Shown: positions 8,973 to 18,249 of the stretch, one piece after another
Position numbering within the stretch: the first letter of the stretch is position 1
Layout: each line of letters begins with the position of its first letter
Assembly: GCA_045545575.1 (NCBI GenBank)
Contig: JAZQBE010000028.1
Coordinates: 4,618 to 68,617 of the forward strand
Source: Shuttleworthella sp.
Lineage (GTDB): Bacteria > Bacillota > Clostridia > Lachnospirales > Lachnospiraceae
Direction of reading: 5' to 3'
Length of the DNA stretch: 64,000 bases
Position numbers and translations under genes: made by a program
The notes under the pieces: generated by a model
Told to the model about the DNA's origin: nothing
The model's database searches: none
Seen by the model: the letters and a program-made list of their open reading frames with translations, nothing else

Positions 8973-11875
8973 GTGTTCCCCTGTATTCTGCTTTCAGACA
9001 GCTTCCGCAGCATCGCTTCGATCTGCCCGGCCTTCTGCGGCGCCTGCTGTGCCACGTGTGCCAGCGTCTGCCCCCGCAGATACGCCCGGATCGATTCCTC
9101 CGCCAGCTCCGGCATCACGTTCGTCAGTACGCGCCCGGCTTCGGGGTCGTCCAGCAGCGCCCCGATCGTCGACTGCATGGAAAAACGCGTCTCCGTCAGG
9201 GAAAGATCCGTATCATATTCGTACTCAAAGACGCCGGATCCGGTCTCAACCCGCTCGCCGCTGCCCGGAAGGACGATCTCCGCCGTCGTGTTAAACGGTA
9301 CTTCCACGCGAAGACGATACCGGCCGTTTTCGCACCGCGAATCGACCGACGCCCGTCCGTAGGGCGTTTCGGCAGACGCCTCCACCCGGGGCAGTCCCAT
9401 GGTGGGCCGCGGCGCGATGCGGATCTTCTTCCATCCCGGCGCGGCCGGCCGGATGCCTGCCACGTCTTCAAACAGCCAGGTGCCCACCGAGCCGTAGGAA
9501 TAGTGGTTCAGGGAATTCATTCCGGATTCGTCAAACGATCCGTCCGGATGCACCGAATCCCAGCGCTCCCAGATCGTCGTGGCGCCTTTTTGGATGGCGT
9601 ACATCCAGCCGGGATAATCCGGCTGCATCAGGATCTCCGCGGCCACGTCGTGCATTCCGCAGGACGACAGCGCCGGCAGGAGGCTGGCCGTCCCCACAAA
9701 CCCGGTGGTCAGATGGCCGCCATGATCCGACACCGTCCGCTTCAGAATCGACGCGGCGCGTTCCCGGTACTGTTCTTCTATCATATCATAATGCAGCAGC
9801 ATTGCGGCCGCGGTCTGGGTTTCCGAAACAATTCTTCCGGTTTGGGTTACATACTCCCGGTTAATGGCTTTTTTGATCCGCTCATATCGGCTCCGGTACG
9901 CCGCCGCGTCTTCGCCGTATCCCAGTTCTTCGGCCGCGCAGGCGGTCCGCCGCACGGATTCGGCAAAAAAGATATTGGCGACCAGGTTTTTGTCCGTTCC
10001 GCCGCTCATCAGCCCCGGCCGGGACTGGGGCGCGTCTAAAGCCAGCCAGTCGCCCCGCTGAAAACCGTTCGTCCAGAGGTCCTCCTCGCCGCAGGCGCGG
10101 ATCATGTACTCCGTCCACTGCTTCATCAGCGGATACTGCTCCCGCAGCAGCGCGCGGTCGCCGCCCGCCATGTACAGATTCCAGGGGATGAATGTCGCGC
10201 AGTCGCTCCAGACCGCGGTGCCGACCGCTTTTCCGACCACGGACGGCACGATGTGGGGCACGCCGTGTTCGTCGTCGGTTTCCTCCGCCACGTCGCGCAG
10301 CCACTTCGCGAAAAAGAGCTTCGTGTCAAACAGCAGACCGGCGGTCTCCGAAAAGATCGTCGCGTCGCCCGTCCAGCCCAGGCGCTCGTCGCGCTGGGGG
10401 CAATCCGTCGGGATGTCGAAGAAGTTGCTGCGCTCGCCCCATTCGATGTTGTTCATCAGCTGATTGACCAGTGGATGGCTGCAGGAAAACTGCCCGATGG
10501 GACGCATCGCGCTGTGCAGCGCACAGGCGGTAAACAGGGCTGCGACCGCGTCTTTTTCTTCCGCCGTCGCCGGCAGGGGCAGGCCCGTCACCCGCACGTA
10601 GCGGAAGCCATGATAGGTAAAATGGGCCATCACCGTTTTCCCGGCCGAAGATGCGTCCGCGATAAAGACGTCTTCCGAGCGGGCCGTGCGCAGGTTGGTG
10701 TTGTAGAAATTGCCCGCCGCGTCGAGGGCTTCGCCGTGCTGCAGCACCAGTTTACAGGGCTCCGCCAGCGCAGGCAGCGTCACCTCCACCAGCCCTGCCA
10801 TGTTCTGGCCGAAATCCAGCACCAGTTCCCCGGCGGGCGTGATCAGCACCTCTTTGACAGGGATCCGCTGCTGCACAAAGACGCCTTCGTCCTGCTGCGC
10901 GACGATCCATCGGTGATCGCCGTTTCCGGGATCCACCAGCGGCTTTTCGGCCGCGGAGGGCAGGGTATCTCCGTCGAAGACCTGCGCCTGCTCGCGGCGG
11001 AGCCGAAGATCTTTCGTCAGGTCCTGGGTTTCACCCATGTAGATTTCCGACGAGCGGATCTGCCCGGTGCGCACCGTCCAGGAGCCGTCGGTACCGACGG
11101 TCTGTTCCTGGCCGTCGGCCGCAGTCAGGTGCAGTTCGGCCAGAATGGCCGGCCGGTCGCCGTACAGATGACGGCTGCCGTCGCCGTTCAGATAGCCCGC
11201 ATACCAGCCGTTCGCGGCCGTGATCGAAAGCGTGACGGCGCCGTCCTTCGCGGCCCGCACCTGTTCTGTCACGTCACAGGTCTGGTACTGAACCGCATGA
11301 TTGTAGGACGTAAAACCGGGCGCAAAGAACCGGCTGCCGGCTTTTCTGCCGTCGACGGCCGCCTCGTAAAGTCCCAGCGCCGTCACGTACAGGCGGGCTT
11401 TCGCCACGGCAAAGGGAATCGCGATCTCTTTTTCAAACACCGGGCAGGACTCTTCGCAGAGTTCCTCCGATGCCGTGATCCATTTCGCGTGCCAGTCCGC
11501 GGATGCCGCCCCGTGCACGATGCGTCCGGATTCGATCCGCGGGGCGGCTTCCGTTCCGGCGAAAAGCCCGGTTTCAAATGAAGCCGTGCCCTCATGGACC
11601 TGTCCGGCGCTGTCTGTTACGGTCGCCTGCACCTGATACGGCGTGCAAGGTTCGAGCGCGGGCCCGTCATAGGGCACACAGACCGATTCGGCCGAGGGCA
11701 CGAATCCGCTGTCCCATACCGTTTCGTCCGCCGTCCGGACGCATTTGGCCACCACAATCCGAAAGCCGGTCTGAAACGCGTTTTCGTGATCCGCTTCCAC
11801 CTTCCATGTAAACCGCGGCGGCTCGTCGAGCCCCAGCGGCGCAAACTGGTTGGAAATCAGCAGTTCCTTGATCAT
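8969..11875 (-). CDS. Alpha-L-rhamnosidase (glycoside hydrolase family 78), no signal peptide
   Basis: GH78 hallmark 'DIPTDCPQRDERLGWTGDATIF', the six-hairpin region 'GDWLALDAP' and 'NSLNHYSYGSVGTWLF'. Length is 968 aa. Confidence 0.85.
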   Translation of the reverse strand: MIKELLISNQFAPLGLDEPPRFTWKVEADHENAFQTGFRIVVAKCVRTADETVWDSGFVPSAESVCVPYDGPALEPCTPYQVQATVTDSAGQVHEGTASFETGLFAGTEAAPRIESGRIVHGAASADWHAKWITASEELCEESCPVFEKEIAIPFAVAKARLYVTALGLYEAAVDGRKAGSRFFAPGFTSYNHAVQYQTCDVTEQVRAAKDGAVTLSITAANGWYAGYLNGDGSRHLYGDRPAILAELHLTAADGQEQTVGTDGSWTVRTGQIRSSEIYMGETQDLTKDLRLRREQAQVFDGDTLPSAAEKPLVDPGNGDHRWIVAQQDEGVFVQQRIPVKEVLITPAGELVLDFGQNMAGLVEVTLPALAEPCKLVLQHGEALDAAGNFYNTNLRTARSEDVFIADASSAGKTVMAHFTYHGFRYVRVTGLPLPATAEEKDAVAALFTACALHSAMRPIGQFSCSHPLVNQLMNNIEWGERSNFFDIPTDCPQRDERLGWTGDATIFSETAGLLFDTKLFFAKWLRDVAEETDDEHGVPHIVPSVVGKAVGTAVWSDCATFIPWNLYMAGGDRALLREQYPLMKQWTEYMIRACGEEDLWTNGFQRGDWLALDAPQSRPGLMSGGTDKNLVANIFFAESVRRTACAAEELGYGEDAAAYRSRYERIKKAINREYVTQTGRIVSETQTAAAMLLHYDMIEEQYRERAASILKRTVSDHGGHLTTGFVGTASLLPALSSCGMHDVAAEILMQPDYPGWMYAIQKGATTIWERWDSVHPDGSFDESGMNSLNHYSYGSVGTWLFEDVAGIRPAAPGWKKIRIAPRPTMGLPRVEASAETPYGRASVDSRCENGRYRLRVEVPFNTTAEIVLPGSGERVETGSGVFEYEYDTDLSLTETRFSMQSTIGALLDDPEAGRVLTNVMPELAEESIRAYLRGQTLAHVAQQAPQKAGQIEAMLRKLSESRIQGNT

Positions 11876-12021
11876 GGCAGTCCCCTTCCCATTTCCTGAT
11901 TTGCCCGATTATGCCGGAATTCCTTTCCATTCTATGCCGGCTGTCGAATGGCATTTGCTGATTTCGTATGATCTTTGCTTAAATCGGACTCCGCAAGCGT
12001 CTCAGGGGTACCGTCACGGCG

Positions 12022-12050
12022 CAAAACAGGCCATGGTTTCCCATGGCCTG
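12022..12050 (-). terminator. Terminator after dtd
   Basis: Reverse strand: CAGGCCATGG-GAAA-CCATGGCCTG followed by TTTTG. Confidence 0.65.
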
Positions 12051-12076
12051 CTCTTACATCTGTTTTGCATCACACC

Positions 12077-12523
12077 TTACAGTTTCTCACTGTCCAGCAC
12101 GATCGTAAAGGGTCCGTCGTTTACCAGCTGCACCTGCATGTACGCGCCGAAGGACCCGGTTTCGCAGTGCCAGCCTGCCTCGCGGCAGCGCGAGACAATG
12201 TAGTCGTACAGCGCTTCGGCCTTCGCAGGATCGCCCGCGTGGATAAAGCTCGGCCGGTTGCCCTTTCTGCAGTCGGCGTACAGCGTAAACTGCGAGATCA
12301 GGAGCAGCTCGCCGCCCACGTCCGCTAAGGACAGATTGGTCTTGTCGTTTTCATCCTGAAAAATCCGAAGGGCCGTCATCTTGCGGATCATCTTGTCCGC
12401 GATCTCCTCCGTGTCACCCTCGCCGACGCCGATCAGCACCACGAACCCGGTGCCGATCTTCCCCAGCACCTCGCCGTCTGCCGAAACGGACGCTTCCGTC
12501 GTTCTCTGAATCACAAATCGCAT
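12077..12523 (-). CDS. dtd: D-aminoacyl-tRNA deacylase
   Basis: 148 aa: 'MRFVIQR', 'GFVVLIGVG', '[11 protein letters not shown]', 'RPSF', 'NDGPFTI'. Confidence 0.92.
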   Translation of the reverse strand: MRFVIQRTTEASVSADGEVLGKIGTGFVVLIGVGEGDTEEIADKMIRKMTALRIFQDENDKTNLSLADVGGELLLISQFTLYADCRKGNRPSFIHAGDPAKAEALYDYIVSRCREAGWHCETGSFGAYMQVQLVNDGPFTIVLDSEKL

Positions 12524-12537
12524 GCTTCACCCCTTCT

Positions 12538-12608
12538 TCAGAAAATGAGTCAAAAGGGAATGTCCCTTTTGACTCATTGTATGACAAAAGTGCCTGTCCC
12601 TTTTGTCA
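12538..12608 (-). terminator. Two tandem hairpins after secA
   Basis: The hairpins are TGACAAAAG..CTTTTGTCA (12582-12608) and AATGAGTCAAAAGGGA..TCCCTTTTGACTCATT (12544-12578). The second is followed by a T-run on the reverse strand. Confidence 0.55.
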
Positions 12609-12609
12609 C

Positions 12610-15183
12610 TTATGCCTGTTTCGCGCCGTGGCAGTATTTGTATTTTTTGCCGCTGCCGCAGGGGCAGGGGCTGTTCGGGTAGATTTTGGCTTCTTTGCGG
12701 CGTTTCGGTCCGCTGGAGGCGCTGTCGTCTTTGTTGGTGCCGGTGACTTTCGCCACTTCTTCGCGTTCAACTTTGCGTTCGATGCGGACGCGGTACAGAA
12801 GCGCGACGGTTTCTTCGCGGATGGCGTCGTTCATCGCGTCTAACATGTCGTAGCCGGCCATTTTGTATTCGTCCACCGGGTTGCGCTGGCCGTAAGCCTG
12901 CAGGCCGATGCCCTGACGCAGCTGGTCCATGTCGTCGATGTGCTGCATCCAGCGGCGGTCGATGACGCGCAGCAGGATGACGCGCTCCACCTCACGGAAG
13001 TCCTCCGGCCGCGGGAATTCGGCTTCCTTGGCCTCATAGAGCTTCAGTGCGCGCGCAAGGAAGAATTCCTTGACGTCCTCCGGTCCTTTCATCTTTTCGA
13101 CGTCGGACGGCATCAACGGCGCCATGGGAATGATGCGCAGCACGCTGCGGTTGATTTCCTTTAAGTCCCACTCGTCCTTGCCCAGCTCCGAGGAAATGAC
13201 CTGGTCCACGCCGTTTTCGATGTTGCTTCTGATCATGTCGAGGATATTGCTCTTCATATCCTCGCCGGCCAGCACGCGGCGGCGCTGCTCGTAGATGATC
13301 TCCCGCTGTTCGTTCATGACGCGGTCGTATTCAAGCAGGTTTTTACGGATCGCGAAGTTGTTGCTTTCAATCTTCTTCTGGGCGTTTTCGATGGCGGACG
13401 ACAGCATCCGGTGCTGGATCTGCTCGCCCTCCGGCACGCCTAAGCGGGTGAAGGTATCGATCAGGCGCTCGGAACCGAACAGGCGCATCAGGTCGTCCTC
13501 GAGGGAGATGAAGAACTGGGATTCACCCACGTCGCCCTGACGTCCGCTTCGGCCGCGCAGCTGATTGTCGATACGGCGGGATTCATGGCGCTCGGTGCCG
13601 ATGATCTTTAAACCGCCGGCGGCGCGCGCTTCGTCGTCGAGCTTGATATCGGTACCACGGCCGGCCATGTTCGTCGCGATGGTCACGGCGCCGTGCAGAC
13701 CGGCGTCGGCGACAATGGCCGCTTCTTTTTCATGGTATTTCGCGTTTAAGATGTTGTGCGGAATGCCCTCTCTCCGCAGGGCTTTGCCGAGCATTTCCGA
13801 GGTCTCGATGGTGATGGTGCCCACCAGCACCGGCTGTCCCTTTTCATGGGCGGCCTTGATCTCCTCGATGACCGCCGCGAATTTTTCCTTCTGCGTCTTG
13901 TAGACGGCGTCCTCATGGTCCACACGCGCCACCGGCAGGTTCGTGGGAATCTCCACGACGTCCATGCCGTAGATGTCGCGGAATTCCTGCTCCTCCGTCA
14001 GCGCCGTACCGGTCATGCCGCACTTCTTCTCGTATTTGTTGAAGAAGTTCTGGAAGGTGATGGTGGCCAGCGTCTGGCTTTCCCGCTTGACCTTCACGTG
14101 CTCCTTCGCCTCGATGGCCTGATGCAGACCGTCGGAATAGCGCCGGCCCGGCATGATACGGCCGGTGAAGCTGTCGACGATCAGGATCTGGTCGTCCTGG
14201 ACCACGTAGTCCTGGTCGCGGTGCATCAGGTTGTGGGCGCGCAGAGCTAAGATGATGTTGTGCTGGATTTCGAGGTTCTCCGGATCGGAAAGGTTCTCGA
14301 TGTGGAAAAACTCCTCCACGCGCTTCGTGCCGTCCTGGGTCAGGCTGACGACCTTGTCCTTTTCGTTGACGATGTAGTCGCCCGTCTCGTCCGGCGTCAC
14401 GCCCATCAGGGCGTCCATCTTCGTGTATTCCGGCATGTCCTCGCCGCGGTGCATCTGGCGGGCAAGCACGTCGCAGGCCTCATAGAGGCTGGTGGATTTG
14501 CCGCTCTGTCCGGAGATGATCAGCGGTGTGCGGGCTTCGTCGATCAGGACCGAGTCGACTTCGTCGATGATGGCGTAATGCAGCTTGCGCTGAACCATGT
14601 CCTTCTCGCGGACGACCATATTGTCACGCAGATAGTCGAAACCGAGCTCGTTGTTCGTGATATAGGTGATGTCGCAGTTGTAGGCTTCCTGGCGTTCTTC
14701 CTTGCTCATGTCGTTTAGGACGACGCCGACGGTCAGTCCTAAGAACCGGTGCACCTCGCCCATCCACTCCGCGTCACGCTTGGCCAGGTAATCGTTGACC
14801 GTGACGACCTGGACGCCCTCGCCTTCAAGGGCGTTCAGATAGGAAGGCAGTGTCGCCACAAGGGTTTTACCTTCACCGGTTTTCATCTCAGCAATGCGGC
14901 CCTGGTGCAGCACGATGCCGCCTAAGAGCTGGACCCGGAAGGGCTCCATGCCGATGGCGCGCAGCGCGGCTTCGCGGACGACGGCAAAAGCTTCGGGCAG
15001 GATGTCGTCTAAGGTTTCGCCGTTGGCCAGGCGTTCTTTAAAATACGGTGTCTTTGCACGGAGCTCCTCATCGGACAGCGCCTTCATCCCGTCGCGGTAG
15101 CTTTCGATCTGATCCACGATCGGCTCTAAGCGTTTGCATTCCCGCTGGCTGTGCGTACCGAAAATCTTATCAATGATACTCAT
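12610..15183 (-). CDS. secA: Preprotein translocase ATPase SecA
   Basis: '[13 protein letters not shown]', '[19 protein letters not shown]', '[12 protein letters not shown]' and the C-terminal SEC-C zinc motif '[14 protein letters not shown]'. Confidence 0.97.
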   Translation of the reverse strand: MSIIDKIFGTHSQRECKRLEPIVDQIESYRDGMKALSDEELRAKTPYFKERLANGETLDDILPEAFAVVREAALRAIGMEPFRVQLLGGIVLHQGRIAEMKTGEGKTLVATLPSYLNALEGEGVQVVTVNDYLAKRDAEWMGEVHRFLGLTVGVVLNDMSKEERQEAYNCDITYITNNELGFDYLRDNMVVREKDMVQRKLHYAIIDEVDSVLIDEARTPLIISGQSGKSTSLYEACDVLARQMHRGEDMPEYTKMDALMGVTPDETGDYIVNEKDKVVSLTQDGTKRVEEFFHIENLSDPENLEIQHNIILALRAHNLMHRDQDYVVQDDQILIVDSFTGRIMPGRRYSDGLHQAIEAKEHVKVKRESQTLATITFQNFFNKYEKKCGMTGTALTEEQEFRDIYGMDVVEIPTNLPVARVDHEDAVYKTQKEKFAAVIEEIKAAHEKGQPVLVGTITIETSEMLGKALRREGIPHNILNAKYHEKEAAIVADAGLHGAVTIATNMAGRGTDIKLDDEARAAGGLKIIGTERHESRRIDNQLRGRSGRQGDVGESQFFISLEDDLMRLFGSERLIDTFTRLGVPEGEQIQHRMLSSAIENAQKKIESNNFAIRKNLLEYDRVMNEQREIIYEQRRRVLAGEDMKSNILDMIRSNIENGVDQVISSELGKDEWDLKEINRSVLRIIPMAPLMPSDVEKMKGPEDVKEFFLARALKLYEAKEAEFPRPEDFREVERVILLRVIDRRWMQHIDDMDQLRQGIGLQAYGQRNPVDEYKMAGYDMLDAMNDAIREETVALLYRVRIERKVEREEVAKVTGTNKDDSASSGPKRRKEAKIYPNSPCPCGSGKKYKYCHGAKQA

Positions 15184-15256
15184 GCATTCTCCTTTGATCG
15201 AAAACCCGCGTGTGCGGCCTTTTCGATACTCCTCAGTCTGTATTACAATCCGCTCA

Positions 15257-15309
15257 ATTTTACCACTTCTCCCTGCGATTTTCCACTTCCCGCTGCATTT
15301 CCTCTGCGG
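15257..15309 (-). repeat. Tandem ~20-nt direct repeats in the secA upstream region
   Basis: Plus-strand units are ATTTTACCACTTCTCCCTGC (15257-15276), ATTTTCCACTTCCCGCTGC (15278-15296) and a degenerate ATTTCCTCTGCGG (15297-15309). On the secA strand, unit 1 reads ..GAAGTGGTAAAAT (extended -10-like). Confidence 0.5.
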
Positions 15310-15400
15310 TTTGCGGCTCCGTTTTCCGCACTTTTGCCTAATAGATCTTATTATTGTTTGTTCAATTTCAATAATCTCGAAAAAGTTTCTGAAATAGGGG

Positions 15401-15429
15401 TTGACAAATCACGATTGACGGTTTATGAT
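15401..15429 (+). promoter_or_regulatory. Near-consensus sigma-70-type promoter facing away from secA
   Basis: TTGACA (15401-15406), a 17-nt spacer and TATGAT (15424-15429), preceded by an AT-rich tract (15361-15395). Confidence 0.6.
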
Positions 15430-15435
15430 GTGGCC

Positions 15436-16050
15436 ATAAGAAGAACAGACAAACAGAGAGCAGCAGTAAGCTCCAACAGTCAGAGAGAAAAGAAAGCTCT
15501 CGAAAGTTCTTCCGAAGGTTTCGATCGAAAATAAAGAAATTCGGAAGAGACCAAATCTAAACGAAAGGAGGACAAACCACCGAACAGTTAAATTCTCACG
15601 GAACCGTCTTCCGGCCGGTATAAGTCGGAAAACCCGTTCGCTCATATACATTCCACTTTAAAACAGATGCCGTTTTGGCAGGTGGCAGACAAAGCCAGAA
15701 ATAAGAAGTGAAACAAGAATGAAGCATATATGATGGCAGCGCGGGAAGGAGTTTAAAAGTTCACATAGATGCATCGATTCGATCATCGTCGCGGAAGCTG
15801 GACAAGGAGATTGTCAGACAAGAAGAGACGAAAAAGAAAGATGCCACCCCGGCCGCAAGGACGGCCGAACAGGAAACATCGGTAACACAATTTCATAAAC
15901 AGCTGCAAATAGATTGAAAAAACAGCAAAACGTACATGGAAACTGAATAAACCATTCTGCAAAAGAAAGAACGAGGTACAGTCCATTGGATATTGCAGAA
16001 CTCTTTGAATAAGAGGGGATGTTGATCGGAATCAGCATCCCCTCTTATGT
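15436..16050 (+). ncRNA. Candidate ORF-less transcript of ~0.6 kb; family unknown
   Basis: It is bounded by the promoter at 15401-15429 and the hairpin at 16011-16046. The sense strand is A/G-rich. There is no forward ORF of 60 aa or more downstream of the promoter. Local stems are visible, for example CTTCCGAA 15509-15516 with TTCGGAAG 15540-15547. I saw no recognisable tmRNA, RNase P, SRP, 6S or riboswitch signature. Confidence 0.35.
16011..16046 (+). terminator. Hairpin closing the ORF-less unit
   Basis: 16-bp stem AAGAGGGGATGTTGAT / ATCAGCATCCCCTCTT (one G-U pair), loop CGGA, followed by ATGTTGTGT, which is only a moderately U-rich tail. Confidence 0.45.
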
Positions 16051-16071
16051 TGTGTCCTGCGATCTGTACAC

Positions 16072-16101
16072 AAAAAAACCCCGGGACCGGCCCCGGCCCC
16101 A
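16072..16101 (-). terminator. Terminator after map
   Basis: Reverse strand: a GC-rich hairpin within GGGGCCGGGGCCGGTCCCGGGG, followed by TTTTTTT. Confidence 0.65.
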
Positions 16102-16115
16102 GGGTGAACCGGATT

Positions 16116-16985
16116 CTACCGGCTTAGCACTTCATATCCGTCTTCCGTCACCAGCACGTGGTATTCCCACTGCGCGGACAGGCTTCCGTCGAGCGTATAC
16201 ACTTCCCATCCGTTCTTTTTATCGGTATAGACCCGGTGCGAGCCCATGTTGATCATCGGCTCGATGGTAAAACACATGCCGGGCACCAGCAGCATCTCCG
16301 TGCCCCGCGTCGTCACGAAGCTGACGAAGGGATCCTCGTGGAAATCCTCGCCGCAGCCGTGACCGCCGATTTCACGAACGACTTCATAGCCGTTTTCCTT
16401 CGCGTGGTCGTTGACGGCCTGGCCGATGTCGCCGAGAAAGCCCCAGGGCCGCACCTGCGCAAGCCCCAGATCACAGCACTCCTTCGTCACTTCCACCAGC
16501 CGGCGCGCCTCGTCGGACACGTCGCCGATCAGAAACATGCGGGACGAATCCGCGTAATAGCCGTCCTTGATCGTGGTGCAGTCCACGTTGATGATGTCGC
16601 CGCTCTTTAAAATCACCTTGTCTGACGGGAAACCGTGACAGACCTGGGAATTCACCGACGTACACACACTGTACGGGAAGCCCTCGTAGTTCAGCGGCGC
16701 CGGAATGCCGCCCAAGGCCGTGGTGGTCTCGTGGACGATGCGGTTGATTTCCGACGTCGGCATGCCCTCTTTGATCTGCGCGGCCACGGTATCCAGCACC
16801 TCCATGTTGACCTTCGCGGCGCGGCGGATGCCCTCGATCTGCTCCGGCGTCTTTAAAAGGCTGCGGTCCGGGACGATGTGTCCCTCGCGGGCGTATGCCG
16901 CGATCTTCCGTTCAATCGGTTCATGGCAGTTCTTGTATTTCAGCCCGCTGTGGCACCAGCAGGGATCGTTCCGTCCGATCTTCAT
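16116..16985 (-). CDS. map: Type I methionine aminopeptidase with N-terminal SEC-C zinc-binding motif
   Basis: N-terminus 'GRNDPCWCHSGLKYKNCH'. Pita-bread motifs 'GDIINVDCT', 'GGHGCGEDFHE', 'FTIEPM' and 'EYHVLVTEDG'. Confidence 0.92.
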   Translation of the reverse strand: MKIGRNDPCWCHSGLKYKNCHEPIERKIAAYAREGHIVPDRSLLKTPEQIEGIRRAAKVNMEVLDTVAAQIKEGMPTSEINRIVHETTTALGGIPAPLNYEGFPYSVCTSVNSQVCHGFPSDKVILKSGDIINVDCTTIKDGYYADSSRMFLIGDVSDEARRLVEVTKECCDLGLAQVRPWGFLGDIGQAVNDHAKENGYEVVREIGGHGCGEDFHEDPFVSFVTTRGTEMLLVPGMCFTIEPMINMGSHRVYTDKKNGWEVYTLDGSLSAQWEYHVLVTEDGYEVLSR

Positions 16986-17041
16986 CCTTTTCTCTCCTAC
17001 CGACAGCGGGCCGGAGAATCTCTCCGGCCCGCATAAAAAAC

Positions 17042-18238
17042 TTACTCTACCAGACGGCGAATGGCAGTGACGCGGCCGCTGTTCCAGGCGCGGTTTGCCG
17101 TAATGCCGTGACTGTAATCCTGTGCTTCCACGATGAGGCCGCCGCCGGCGTACATCGCGACGTGTCCGGGATAGACGATGATGTCACCCGGCATCAGCTG
17201 GTCGGAGCTGACGGCGCGTCCCACGGACGCGAAGGCCTGCGAATAACGGGGCGTCGGGATGCCGAAGTGGGCATACACCAGATGCACGAAACCGGAGCAG
17301 TCGCAGCCGTTCGTCAGACTGTTGCCGCCCCAGACGTAGGGGTTGCCGACGAACTGCTTCGCATAGGCGACAATCGCGCTGCCGCTGCCGGAATAGGTCC
17401 TTCCGCTGCTGCCGGAGGCCGGTACGTAGGTCTGTCCGGAGGAGCTGCCCGAACCGGAACCGGAGGAGGTCTGTGCCGCGCGGGCCGCAGCCGCCCGGGC
17501 TGCCTCCGCCTGGCGCTGGCGCTCCGCTTCCGCCTCCTGGCGGCGCTTCTCTTCCGCAATCCGGCGCTGCTCTTCAAGCCAGGCCATATATGCGGCGATC
17601 CGCTCGGCTTCCTTCTTCTCTTCCTGTGCGTTGGACAGCTGACCCTGCTTGGAATTGACCATCGAATTCAGAGATGTCTTCTTCTGCTGAAGCGTGTCCT
17701 TCTGCACCTGCAGCTCCGCGTTCTCCTGCTCGAGGCGGGCCTTCATGTCGCTGATCTCCATGCACAGGCCGCCGTAGGCGTCGAGGAGGTCGCGGTCATA
17801 ATCGTAAATCGAATTGGAATACTCCACCCGGTTCAGGAAATCCGACACGCTGCCCGACTCCAGAAGCGTCGTCAGCATGCTCGTCTGCCCGTTCTCGTAC
17901 ATGTAGCGGATGCGGACCTTCATGTCCTCGTACTGCTTAAACGCAGCCTCTTCCGCCAGACGCAGGTTCTCGGTGGTCACCGCGATCTCGTTTTCCTTTT
18001 CGCTGATGTCGGACTCCAGCTGATTGATCTCGGCAACGACGTTGTAAATCTGGCTGTTCAAGGAGCTGATCTGGCTCTTTAAGCTGCTGATTTCCGCGTC
18101 GATTTCCGTAATGGAACGAACCGCCTGTACGTCCTTTGCCGCAAGCGGGCTTCCTAAGACGACACAGGCCGCCAGAAGAAGTGCCGGGATACGCAACATC
18201 GTTTGTTTGCTGTTCTTTTTCCGGAAAATAGTATGCAT
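17042..18238 (-). CDS. Secreted NlpC/P60 (C40) peptidoglycan endopeptidase with a coiled-coil N-terminal half (CwlO/PcsB-like architecture)
   Basis: Start ATG at 18238 behind AAGGA, 11 nt after the veg stop. Signal peptide 'MLRIPALLLAACVVLGSPLAA', a long heptad-rich region, a Ser/Gly linker and the catalytic 'YVWGGNSLTNGCDCSGFVHLVY'. Confidence 0.85.
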   Translation of the reverse strand: MHTIFRKKNSKQTMLRIPALLLAACVVLGSPLAAKDVQAVRSITEIDAEISSLKSQISSLNSQIYNVVAEINQLESDISEKENEIAVTTENLRLAEEAAFKQYEDMKVRIRYMYENGQTSMLTTLLESGSVSDFLNRVEYSNSIYDYDRDLLDAYGGLCMEISDMKARLEQENAELQVQKDTLQQKKTSLNSMVNSKQGQLSNAQEEKKEAERIAAYMAWLEEQRRIAEEKRRQEAEAERQRQAEAARAAAARAAQTSSGSGSGSSSGQTYVPASGSSGRTYSGSGSAIVAYAKQFVGNPYVWGGNSLTNGCDCSGFVHLVYAHFGIPTPRYSQAFASVGRAVSSDQLMPGDIIVYPGHVAMYAGGGLIVEAQDYSHGITANRAWNSGRVTAIRRLVE

Positions 18239-18249
18239 GAGAAATTCCT

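Noticed and set aside
15769-15885. A 38-codon, highly basic forward sORF (MHRFDHRRGSWTRRLSDKKRRKRKMPPRPQGRPNRKHR) inside the candidate ncRNA.
   Set aside because: The nearest SD-like GGAAGGAG ends ~17 nt upstream, which is too far. The Arg/Lys richness simply mirrors the A/G-rich sequence. I kept it only as an alternative to test by ribosome profiling.
15151-16038. ORFs inside the secA-map gap: 15151-15534(+), 15409-15651(-), 15783-15986(-) and 15814-16038(-).
   Set aside because: The forward ORF begins upstream of, and runs through, the promoter. The reverse ORFs are Phe/Leu/Ser-rich translations of a pyrimidine-rich strand with no SD. None has a recognisable motif.
15436-16050. The idea that the purine-rich unit is a CsrA/RsmE-type sponge, because of many GGA motifs (about 15 counted by eye).
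   Set aside because: That count is not clearly above what an A/G-rich 600-nt sequence gives by chance. Most GGA motifs are not presented in obvious hairpin loops.
17440-17640. GC-rich, apparently repetitive DNA inside the P60 gene (and similarly 29820-29900 in the secreted-protein gene).
   Set aside because: It encodes Ala/Glu/Arg/Gln-rich coiled-coil and Ser/Gly linker segments. This is low-complexity coding sequence, not a DNA repeat element.
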